Assembly (NCBI GenBank): GCA_017499595.2
Contig: CM039008.1
Coordinates: 2,418,001 to 2,482,000, forward strand
Direction: 5' to 3'
Length of the DNA stretch: 64,000 bases
DNA from: Psilocybe cubensis
Lineage: Eukaryota
The position numbers and the translations under genes were made by a program. The notes under the pieces were generated by a model, which worked only from the letters and a program-made list of their open reading frames with translations, was not told the origin of the DNA and ran no database searches. Each line of letters opens with the position of its first letter. The stretch's first letter is position 1. Shown piece after piece: positions 14,778 to 26,109 of this stretch.

Positions 14778-15518
14778 AATTTTGGGCAATGATAGTACTC
14801 GAAAAGGCGGTTTGGGGAAATGATAGTATGTTACTTCTGGGATTACTGCTTTCTGAAGCTTACACTGGTCGTGACGTCCCATGGCCCTGTAGCGAAATGG
14901 CATCGCGTCCGACTACGATCAGGTGATTAACCGAAGCTGGGTTCCCTCCAAGAGCGATGGCCTTGGTTCCAAAGTGTAGTTTTAAGCCTGAAAACTTATG
15001 CACGACGGCATACGAAATACTTAGTGACCCTATAGGTACAGCGGCATCAGTGCTCCCAACTGAACAAAATAGGTAACGCTAAAAGAATTATTTCTTCAGA
15101 ATTTGGTTCCAATTCAGTGAATAACACTGCGGCCACCGTCCTCCTTAAGTTCGCGCCTACCTCAGTCATTGTATTCGCTACGAAGAAAAACTATTGGGAC
15201 AAACCATCGTTACTGTTCAAGTTTTGCTTATGCAGAGGCTATTAATAGCCAAAGATCAAGTGTCTCGTCACTCTCTAAGTACATTCAATCCCTTTGCCCG
15301 CCGCCCTCATTGCAACAGGGTATCACCAAGTGACACTAAACTGTTAAAGGGCGTTGTTTTGTTCATTTGATTGTTACAACATGCAAGTAAAGCTATTCAG
15401 GGACACGCCTTTGAATACTCCGATAGGACTCGGGGTCCGGATCTATTACTTATTTATGTTTCACTGCATTGCTTATGCGTGGCAGAGTGCTTGACCCACC
15501 CTTTCACGGACCACCACC

Positions 15519-16961
15519 ATGACCGTCTCAAAGCAGGACGGACGATCAACATGGCGCTTCTACAAGCTTGCGCGTTCCGTGTTCAGTGGCTTCACACTGT
15601 TATACCTCTTGGCTGTCTTGTTGGTTATGACGCCATTCATACAGACGCAGTACGTGGCGCGTTGACCATCCAGCATTTTCAGTAGTATTCCAACCCACAT
15701 TATGCGTTTTTCATTTATAGTGTCCTATACGCGCACCATATAGATTTCTGGTGGAATAATAAGTTTGACCATCCAGAACACCACGGACTGGCTCGTGAGT
15801 CCGACGCGCGTTTTCTTGGACGCTCTTAGGGGCGTCGCGACCATTGATACTGATCCGCGATATCTTTTAGCTGGCAAGACCGTGAACCTCAAGCTCCAAA
15901 GCGCGGATAACACGACATTGGGTGCATGGTTCATCTTCGCCGACTCAATACATCGTCAACAGCCCTTTCCTCCACCCTCCCGCACCGACTTCGCTCTTTC
16001 CGCGGCACAGAACATCTCCGATGCTCTACACACTCGCCCAACCATCTTATTCCTACACGGAAACACAGGGACGCGTGCTTTACCGCTGAGGACGGTCGTG
16101 TACACTGCACTCACGGGCAGACTAGATGCCAATATTTTGGCGATCGACTATAGAGGATTCGGAGACAGCCAGGGACATCCGAGTGTTCAAGGAGTGGGGA
16201 TGGATGCGAGGGCGGGTTGGGACTATCTAAAATCACAAGGCGCAAAGGATGAGGATGTTTTGATTGTTGGACATAGTCTTGGGACGGCTATCGCAGGTCT
16301 GTTGGCTGCGGAACTTGGAAGAGAGGGTATAAGGCCAAGAGGGACAGTTCTGATGTCGGTAAGTGCTCAATATCTCTGAACGGATAGTTATATCTTATAC
16401 TTTTCAGCCGTTCTCATCTGTGCGCACTCTGATTGATCAATACTACCTATTTGGGTTCCTGCCTCTTCTGAAACCCGTCTCAATGATACCATTAGCTCCT
16501 CGTAAGCAACCTGTTTGATAGTATGATCGTTTCTGACACGACGTGATCCAGGCTTGGTTACATGGTCCCTGGTTCACCGCTTTGACACACTTACCCTAGT
16601 ACCGGATATAAAGTCTTCTGTGCTAATCGTTCATGCAGACGACGATGTTGATATTCCATCTACGCATGCCTCCACCCTATTTGAAGCATTTTTGGAGCCC
16701 CACCTCCCCGCACACCCCACTCCACCTCCCAACCCCTTCTCGCACGAGAAATGGGATAATTTCACCTCCCAGGAATCACAGCGTATCCACGCGCGACAAG
16801 AAATTGTGAAGACCATTGAGGTGGATGGATTTGGATTGTACGAGGAAATGAACCAGGATGGTAGGAAAGTCGCTTTGCTCAAGACTGAGAAAGGCGGTCA
16901 TGATATTGGACGCGTAGAGGGTGTTCAGGATGCGATTGGTAGGATGTTTGGGTTTCATTGA
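15519..16961 (+). CDS. Alpha/beta hydrolase, ABHD12-like (monoacylglycerol lipase type)
   Basis: N-terminal TM helix; LFLHGNTGTR, IDYRGFGDSQGHPS, nucleophile GHSLG, HADDD and GGH motifs. Confidence 0.88.
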
Positions 16962-17153
16962 GTCCGATACTACTATGGTTTGGGAGTTATATTTATTTCA
17001 GTCTTGACGCAGTATTGTTCATTATTGTATAATCGCATGTACTACATTAATTGTACTATTGAACCGACGTATATATCTAATTCTTAACCTTGCCTTATCT
17101 ACAACCCTGTCTACAACGGTTGTTTGGGGCGATATAATGCAAAGTGTGAGGTG

Positions 17154-17173
17154 ATATATATATATATATATAT
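17154..17173. repeat. (AT)10 microsatellite
   Basis: Direct reading; lies between convergent 3' ends. Confidence 0.9.
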
Positions 17174-17440
17174 GTAATCTAAAAATATATCACATCCCTC
17201 TCAGTATCTGGCCAATAGATCGACGAACTGACACAGTTCTCCCTCCTGCCACTCTCACGGATATCTTGACTCTCTTGAATAATACTGACGCGGGTGAAAA
17301 GGCTCCCAAGTTTAACACAGAGAAATACGAAAATAAGCAATATTTTTGTTTTTTAGGTATTGAATACAGTATGTCCGAGTACGTGTAAGTAGCTAGTGTC
17401 AAAGATGTCCTGGTAGAATTTGGACATAGAGACTGGCCTC

Positions 17441-18951
17441 CTAGTTTACGCACTGATAATAGTAGTCTAGGTTTCGGATTATAGATGAGTATCCATTAGT
17501 GTGAGAAAATCGATTCACACGCACCGTTGAGTATTTTGCACGTTCCCTGTGCACAAGAAGTAGCGCCACTGAAAAAAACGGGGTCAGCAAAATGGTAATG
17601 GGAGGTTTACAGTCAGCCAGAAAAACGTACGTCCATCCGATCTATCATTCCAGGCAAGGATATATTAGCAATACGTCGTGAAAAGAGTTCGGTGATACAC
17701 TCACCCCTCCGCACTGCCCCCAGAGAGGAGACCCTCCAGGTGTTGAGGTGGGGGTGACCGTGGGCGTCGTGAAACTTGTCGACACACTTGTGGGACCACC
17801 CTGGCCGGTCGACACCGTTGTGGCAGGGCTTCCGGGAACAACAGTCGGCACGGTCTTTGGTTGGTTCGCAGTGTTCCAAGTTGCAGTTGTGGGATATGGG
17901 GTAGAAGCGACGGGAGGTATGGTAGTTCCATAAGGCGTCGGACCAGGCACTATAAACGATTACCTTATAAATTCGGGAGGAACAACAAATAAAGCTTACC
18001 GATATAGGTGCTGAGACTTTGGTGGATGTTCACCAGGATGCCAGGGTCGTTAGCACTATAAGCGCCGGGGAATTTGACAGTAGGAGGCTTAGCAGATCCT
18101 GAACCCGAGACGTTAATTTGGTAGCACGATACGTAGAATTGTGCTCCTCCGGCGCTACTGGCAACATGAAGCGCTGGAAATCCCAGTATTAGAAAGTGAA
18201 CATTGATCACGGTCAAATAAAACCTCACCAATGACTTCAGCGCGGACGAGATAATTACCAGGGGCGATGTCCTTGGGAACAGTGAAAGTGAAATGACCAC
18301 AGTTGTCCTAACAAATAAGGAAATTCAAAATCTGGTCCACCAATCAGAATACCAGTAACGCTACTCACATTGAGGACTTGTGTTCCAAAGTAATTTGGGC
18401 TTCTTGACACCATTCCAAGGCCTGCAACCTTGAACCAGTTCTGACTCGAGCCGACGGCAGTGGTTGCGTCAGAAACAGCGGCCATATACACCTAGCACAA
18501 TCCACTATGCTTAGGGAAGACCACTTAGTAGAAAAGAGAATGACTTACTTGTACGGGTCCGAAATGGTCCCCGCCAATAGCTTCGTTCTTGCACGAACGA
18601 TCTCCGGGTTGTTGGTGCATTTCGACAGTCAGTTGATCACCAGCTATAGTGGAAACTTAGTATGCACCATTCACGTACCCAAATCACGAAAACGTACCGT
18701 TGACCGGGCATACACCTCTGCTTGATCCAGCTACATTGCAAGCGATGTCCTAGGATACTATTTTAGAATAATTTAAGGGCTACAGAGAAAGAAATACGTA
18801 CGCTACCAGTGACACTCGTGATGGGGCTGTTGCTGTTGGGAAGGCGGACACATGAGGAACCAGCGTCAACGTTGTTGATCCACAGCTGCTGGAATGTGGC
18901 ATGCGCAGCCGCACTTGCAATAAAAGCAGCAGTTGTCAAGGAGTAGCGCAT
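17441..18951 (-). CDS. AA9 lytic polysaccharide monooxygenase (formerly GH61) with Ser/Thr linker and C-terminal CBM1
   Basis: Signal peptide then His1 (AAA|HATFQ); MHQQPGDRSC..AIGGDHFGP; ALHVA..GGAQFYVSCYQ; spliced CBM1 [30 protein letters not shown]. Confidence 0.95.
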
Positions 18952-19811
18952 TTTGAAAATGAAGACAAAAACGGCTCAAAACCAAAGGGTCTGCAACCTG
19001 GCTTTTATATGCCTCAAAGAATAATCATTCTCTTCGGAAGATGGTGAGCAATATCGGAGAAAGTGGGCAATTGGTGAAGGATTGCATTTGCCAAGACAAT
19101 TTGTATAAATCCCCCTCTGGCAGGCATCCCAAATCCTCAAACATCTCATCCAAGCTCCGTCGCGACCAGGCATGCCGAGAATAAGCTACAGAAGCTAGAA
19201 TAACGTTCGGCGTGTGAGGGCATGTGCGAATCGGCTTCCAGTGACGATTTTTCGCGGTGTGGACTTGCTCAATTCGGGAAAATTCAATGGCTCTTGTGAC
19301 CAATCATCGAGAAAGGCCAATAACAAATGTCGGAAAAAAGACTCGCTAATACTCCTATCGGATGGACCTTATAGTGCTACTCAATTCTCTTTCTTACGTC
19401 GTTGTTTAATTTGTAGAATCATGGGGAACTGTCTAGCCGACGTGCTTGGTAGTAATATATTCATGTGGTGCACATATGCGTTTGGTCGACTCAAAGGGCG
19501 GTTCCCAATTTTGCGCGCTATGCCGAGACGCAATATCCTCGATATTCATACAGTAATCGAAGCTCTCATGGTACATACTATACAATATTCACTTGGAGTG
19601 GCCTGACGATCCGAATCTCATTGCAGGGTTTAATGTATTAAAGAATCAAGATAATAGGCTTGCTAATTTTCAAGATGCCAATCAAGGCCAACAGGCGCCC
19701 GCTAATGACGTCGAGAATGATGTACTTTATCGGCTAGGTTTGCATCAGAAAAAGTTATTTGCTGATCATTTGCATTACACGATATTAAATAGTTAATAGA
19801 CTAGGCGCTAA

Positions 19812-20162
19812 TTAGTCGGCGTCAAAATGTTCTGCAAATATACGCTCGCCCTTTGCACGTGCTATAGGAATCTTTGTGCTCTCCCACATCATATGTATCC
19901 TATGCAACCCGTTCCACTTGTCTTCCCTGTTTGCTTGCATCTTTCGGTCATTATATTCCTCTTCTTCACATTCATTACGCTTCTCCCTGTCCTCGCGTTC
20001 TGCGTGTTTAAGGTCGAGTTCGTATTTGACCTTCGCGAGAGCAGCGCCATCTTTGGCCCTCTGCTTCGACAAACAATCATTCAATTTTGATAATGCTTCT
20101 TCCGGCGGCTGGACCACTTCTAAGCGCGCTTTGGGGTTACCACGGATTACATAGCTTATCAA
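19812..20162 (-). pseudogene. Charged coiled-coil-like coding fragment with no clear start; probable gene remnant beside a TE remnant
   Basis: 116-codon open frame with no upstream ATG, E/K/R-rich, abutting the GGTCAC-repeat segment. Confidence 0.3.
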
Positions 20163-20209
20163 AACGAGCGCTTGCCATCATTATGATCGATTGTTCTATA
20201 GCGAACTCC

Positions 20210-21290
20210 CTGTGACTTGGGGACCCGGTCACCGGCTTGGGTCACCGGAAATATTATGTAATTCGGCACGCTCGGGCCCTTCCGCGCGCCAAAAAATTCA
20301 GAATTTTGTGCATTTCAGTGTGCTAAGTTCTCCGAGCATCTCCCGATCGCCCGCCTTGTCACTCGCGGTCACCAGAGTTTGGCGGGTGCATAGACCCTCA
20401 GGTCACCAGCTTTTCGATGTCCGACAATGTTTTGAGTAACTTCGCGGCCATCGGCGGCATGGTCATCTTAATTGGGCTCCGCCGCGTCATGTGACGGTTC
20501 CCGCGATCCGTTCACGGTCGCGTTTTGGAGCTTCTGCAAACCGTTTAAATGTTGAACGTGAACAGTGACCCCAGTTCAATCTCGTTTAATATGGGTTGGA
20601 TAGTAATGGGTATAATTATATCTTATTGTATGTACCAAACTCAATTTTAAAGCCTCAGACTTTTGCAAAAAAGACTCATTAGAGCCTTCAAAAATTAATA
20701 TTTACACCGGTAAGAAAGGTTTACTTCTGCTCTGACAGTACTGTATTCACTATGTACATGCTTTTGTGTGTATGCTGGAGTGTGAACTGCTAAAGTATAC
20801 ATGCAAACAGTGCATGCTGCAGTTGGCACATAAGATTGTATGCAATCTCCTCATTTCTTGGAAATAATTCAACTAATTATTGTTATGATCACGTTGACCC
20901 ATGTCAGTACTCATTTAAACGGCTGAAAAGTGAAGTAAAAGTACAATCTACATCCTGAAACACAAATAATTCACAGATAAGACTCGGAATTTTGCATTTT
21001 CACCTTTAAATAAGTCATTTTATGCTCAAATTTAGGCAAGTTGATGCTTCCACTCCTTGATATTAGGCAAACGAGGAAGGACAGATTAGTCTGACTATAT
21101 ACAAGAGTATAGCATACTGATTTAGATGTTCTTGACATTACAATTTTAAAAAAATCTTCCAAATCATTGAAATTGATGGGAAGCGGGACTTGCGAGTTTC
21201 ACTGCGGACCTCAAGTGAAGTCACAGACCTTTGTGACCTAGGGCCTAAATTTGGCGGGCGGTCACAAAAAGCTTGTGACCGCACCTGTAG
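20210..21290. mobile_element. Probable degenerate non-autonomous DNA transposon remnant
   Basis: GC-rich ends with clustered GGTCAC/GTGACC motifs around an AT-rich, CpG-poor interior; hairpin GCGGTCACAA-N5-TTGTGACCGC near the right end. No clean TIR or TSD found. Confidence 0.35.
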
Positions 21291-22003
21291 GAAGGCCACT
21301 GGGGTCTCCCTGATCCGTTGTCGGTCTCAACAGCCTGCGAATGTTGGTCAGAGCCACCAGGACGGGTTCGGCTTCCTTTGAATTTTCCGTGTTTCTTTTG
21401 TTTACTGTTTTATTCATTTTTTGATATTAATTCTGGATGTCCTACTAGTAAAATGGATGATGTAATGGTTCCGAAATGCTAGACTCCCCAAAAGTTTATA
21501 CGTTCAATTTTCAATTTGGTGTACAGTAGCAATTATGTATACCAAGTAGAGACTCGGTTAACTAAGAAAATCGCGCTGATATTCGGATAACTAGTATCCT
21601 GGTAATTGACGTAAGGACGATATGCTATGAAAATGTCGGAGGACCGCCACTGCCGCCGACATCAGGACATTTATAGCACTTAAGCAACTTGTGTGCATAT
21701 TTGAAAAAGTAGCAACGCAGGAATCAAAAATGACGGAACTGAACTGAGTTGGTTTGCTAGTGCCTGGTGATAGTAAGCTGTGTGGGATAGAATATTTCTG
21801 TAAAAAATAAGTTCAGTGGCACAACTTATGTAAATTCTGAAATGACACTGGTCCGAGTTGTGCCGCGTGTTGGTGGGCGTTGTCCGGTGCGGGAAATGAG
21901 ATGATAACTCCGACGAACGTCAATGCGATATCTTAATAAAGGATCAGTATGATAAAGCTGCTCTGCACCCTCAAGCTCCGTTCAATTAAACTCTGTAAAA
22001 GAA

Positions 22004-23814
22004 ATGGAACAAATCCAAGGAAACCAAACATATAACCCAACACTAAGCGTTCATGATCAGCGAATGGCCAGCTATGTAGCAGGTACGTCTGTATGATGTT
22101 AGTAAGAATATTTGTTTCATTGGGTCACTGATTTTTTTCAATTGCAAGTGGGTTTAGCTATTTGTGCATTGTACGACCACTGTAAGTCCTGATCCGAGTA
22201 ATTCTTTTTTACCCTGCTGACTCTGTCCATGACACACCCGTACAGTAATCACTCTTGATGGAGAGGTAGGTCTTCTTTTTATTTCTTATACGACTACTAA
22301 ACTCTGGAGTTATTGGTTCCCTATTAAAAGATGGAGATAGTATGGGTATGTCTCATCAATGACAAGATTTTACAGTTATCAACACTAACTCTATGCAATT
22401 TTAGCGCCGTCCAAAATGGACAATAGCCCGGGTTTTATTCCTAATAGTATGAGCCTCAAGCCTTCTCCAGATAAATGGCGTACTAAAATTGAATATAGAA
22501 TCGATATCTTTGCGATGCCATTCTCATGTCAGTGCGATTTTCTGACTTCCATTGACTCTAGTGCTTGAGGTAATCCTTTTACGCCATTTGTACAGATACG
22601 GAGCCGTCGGTAGGAGATCAGTTTTGAAGCGTGTTTAGGATTCTTCCAGCCTAATTAACTGGTATTACATAGACCTAACATTCAATGCACGTGTTACAGA
22701 AATTCAAGTAGGTCTCCAGTTTCTGAAATTCCACATCGACAGTGTACTCACTTTACCTTCATTATGCCAGAAGTAAGTGTTTGTAAAACGCCGTTATTAC
22801 ACTAAAAAATCCAACTTACAGAGCGTTGTAGCTGTAAGTGTTGCTTCATCAATGTGAGCATCCATTTTATTGATCCCTTGGGATGGGAACTTCAGGTCGA
22901 AACCCATTTCTTGTTCTGATATGGGGAACCTTGGTTGCATTTTTGTCCATGCAAGGCAAGCTCGTTTTTCATATCTAGAGGTTCATGAGGCGATAGTATT
23001 TTCAGGGATTGTCGTATTCCGAGTTGCTAGCATGTTTCATCTTTCGCGGACAATAATTATCGTTCTCTCTATCGCTTTCGGTATCGAGATTCTATCGACC
23101 ACCTTAATTCAGGCATTATCAACCCCTGCTGGGTATAGCGGTCCCGGAACAGGTACGTAACTGTGGCGAGGTGGGAGGGATGTAGTTGCTCACTCACATA
23201 AAACTATTAGGACCTTTACCGTCGCCTATATGCTCGCCTCCATTCTCTGCTTTCTGGGCCAACATGTTATGGATAATAATTGTCGTCTATGAGACGATGG
23301 TTCTCTCACTTTCGGTATTCAGAGCAGTTCAAACACACCGCAAAGTTTTCGCTTTCAAAGCCTACGTGATATCCAATAGACCCTCTGTAATGTACATCTT
23401 ACTCCGGGATAGTATCTTTTTCCAACTGGCGTGAGTCATTTTCAATTTATCTCTGCCTTGCATTACCAAAATCCTTGTAACAGAGCTCTTGCAGTCTGTA
23501 CAGCAAATTTTGTGGCATCCGTTAACTTTTCAGTCAGTCTTAGTATGGAGTACTCACATATTTGATTGATTAACTTATGTCCATAGTTTCTCTTAGTTCA
23601 GAACAGCCTTACGGTGGCCACCTTCGCTACACACATCGCTGGTTCACGACTTATGCTCAATTTAAGGGAAGCATATTACAAGCCTTTTGACGATGAATAT
23701 ACTCAAGCAAACATAAAACCAATTGGCTTTGTCCGTGATGTTCCGCCACAAGTTGCCCACATTCTTGACTCCTACGACATCTCACCCCTTTCCCCTACTA
23801 CAACACCGGTTTAA
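22004..23814 (+). CDS. DUF6533-type multi-pass membrane protein (GPCR-like topology), paralogue 1
   Basis: Spliced reading LYDH-LITLDGE-MEIVW-RRPKWTIARVLFLI-NRY...IVVFRVASMF...YILLRDS...GSRLMLNLRE; many very small exons. Confidence 0.82.
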
Positions 23815-24051
23815 TATCAGATTGTTAATAAACAAGGTTTTTGGTGTCCTTTCAATGCTACATGAATTTGAATTTTAGTGAGAAACTGCTTTCCAGTACG
23901 GATTTTGACTGTTAATCATGCTGTATAATCATGCTGTATATATAACGAGCCATCTGGGAAAATTCCAGAATGCCAAGTATCAATCATACGGATCGAACAT
24001 TGAGCGATTGTCATATCACGTCACTAAACTTTGTTGATCCCCTCACTCCAT

Positions 24052-24151
24052 GGGCACATGGTGTAGTTGGTTATCACGCTCGCTTAGCACTGGAAGCCTG
24101 AATGGCTCTGTCACATGCGAGAGGTGTTGGGTTCAATTCCCAATGCGTCCA
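24052..24151 (+). tRNA. tRNA-Ala(AGC) with a 26-nt intron (24090-24115)
   Basis: Acceptor stem GGGCACA/TGCGTCC with the G3:U70 Ala identity pair and one A5-C68 mismatch; anticodon stem CTCGC/GCGAG with AGC at 24086-24088; T arm TTGGG-TTCAATT-CCCAA; oligo-T Pol III terminator directly downstream. Confidence 0.93.
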
Positions 24152-24230
24152 TTTTTTGCTGAATTGGTAAATGGTTATCATGGGCGCTAAGCGTATGGAG
24201 GCAGCTGATCAAGTCCGGAAACAGTTGCAC

Positions 24231-25866
24231 AGGACCCCTGACAATAGGCCCAGAGGACGTTCCGTCGGACGGACAAAAATTTTGAAAATCGACCCCTTCG
24301 GACGTTCCGAAACCGGACAGAAATCACAGATTTTGAGCAAAATGTCGTTCCAAAAATCCGGACAGAAAAGTTGCAGGACCGCCGAGGTTCTTCCTAAAAC
24401 CGGACAAAATATCAGATAAAACAAATGACAAAACTTGTCAACCGAACGATAGTGTAGAGGTAAGCAGTGTGGTTAGTTTCTCCTCTTCGATTCAGTAATA
24501 TGATGGTACTTCAAGTCTTGTTGAAACTTTTTTATTTTTCTCTTAATAACAACTTGAGTTGAGGGCCGTTGCTTCGCACGGCGATACGAGTCCTTGATGC
24601 CCTTTTGCGCTGTACATTTTAAGATTATATATTTTATGACTTTACATAATAAGTATGGTTAAGTTGGCGATACGATGATTCAACTGTCGAATCTAGGATG
24701 CTTCAAAGTGCTCCAATCCCATCTTTCGGGATCCCAGGAAGGAGGCTGGGTGTTAACATCAGGATGACAACGTTGAATATACTGCTTCATCAAATTTGGA
24801 ATATCTATATTTACCATATAATTTGAATTCGTGGTGTATGAAACTAGGTTGGGTAGACTCACTGTCAACTTTGCTACCTCGTAGTCTTGTAGACGGTGAC
24901 TCAGAGGGCTCTCGCATTGCCGACGACGTCGATGAGGTTGTCGCTTGAGCTGAGATACTGCTCGGGAGTAGGGGTCCTGGTTCTGTGATTGACGGGGACG
25001 GTTTTCCTCGACTATTGTAAGCAATATTCTTTCATCTGGGGATTGGGATTTTTGAACGGATCTACATACGGTCTGTTAGTGTGAACAAGGTGTAGTTAAC
25101 CCAGGATTCAGATTGGCAAAGGTAAAGTAGACTATCAGTTGGAGCTGTTTCGATGTAGTGACTAATGATCACGCCGTACTTTAGTCATTGCTTTGAGTGA
25201 GAAAACAAACGGAAAGCACTCACGAAACCAGCCGGTTGCAACTACTACCAATGTCTGTGCCCTTTCAAAAGCATCTTTTCAAGTCTTTGAGCACAGTCAT
25301 GGCCTCTACTTCACTGCAAGACCCACCAAAACTGCCTTGCTCAATGTATCTGAATTTGCACACCTGCCTTCCTGTAAGGTACTCACCCTCCTCTATCATA
25401 AACCCTTGTCTGTCACTGCAGCAGGTTTTGAAGTTCATGCGCAAGATATTTCGCTTTACAAGACATTGGTTGAGGGAGTAGGGAGCATCAAAAAAGCGAT
25501 GAAAATGTTTGCAAAGCGAAACCTAGATAGTAGTACATAGCTTTTTTTGCATCGCATACTCGTTTTATGGTTTTGTATTGTACTAGGCAGGTTTTTTTTA
25601 TTACAGTGATTCTTAACATTGTTCTGAAGCATCCCATTTGCAACTGAACTCAGCTGAACGCGCGCAGCGGCGAAAAAATCAATTTTTAGGCCTGTCCGGA
25701 CACAAATTGGGCCTCCCGAGGGTTGTTCCCGATTTCCGGACAAATTTTTGAAAAAATTGGTAGGTCGTTCTATATCCGGACAGAAATTTTGAAAATCGCG
25801 ACGGACAAAAAACCCAGAAATCGACCTTTTTCGGGAACGTCCTCTGGGCCTATTGTCAGGGGTCCT
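24231..25866. mobile_element. Non-autonomous TIR DNA transposon (1636 bp) with 33-bp perfect TIRs and 8-bp TSD AGTTGCAC
   Basis: AGGACCCCTGACAATAGGCCCAGAGGACGTTCC at 24231-24263 and its reverse complement at 25834-25866; AGTTGCAC at 24223-24230 and 25867-25874; subterminal CGGACA(G/A)AA repeats. Confidence 0.93.
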
Positions 25867-26109
25867 AGTTGCACCCGCATTGGGAACCGCATCAATTCTC
25901 AAATTTTTAAATTTAAGATTAGCACCAATTAGCCAGAGTCGATCAGGAAACCGAACTTCTGGTTGATAAACATTATCATGTAGATGGCTTTGAAGTTTGA
26001 ATCGACGATGTCGATGAACGATGAAGCTTGCAGCTTGAAGTCTAACCAATCACATGCCGATCGTACGGCATACACTCGGCTAGTTTTTGATGGCAGTGAT
26101 GTGTTGGAC

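Noticed and set aside
7873-18951. Secondary-metabolite gene cluster
   Set aside because: No PKS, NRPS, terpene synthase or RiPP precursor core is present; the neighbours are functionally unrelated.
23913-23938. 13-bp tandem duplication TAATCATGCTGTA
   Set aside because: Most simply replication slippage; no evidence of function.
24052-25866. Dada-type tRNA-targeting transposon
   Set aside because: Dada elements insert inside the small-RNA gene. Here the tRNA is intact and the element has long TIRs.
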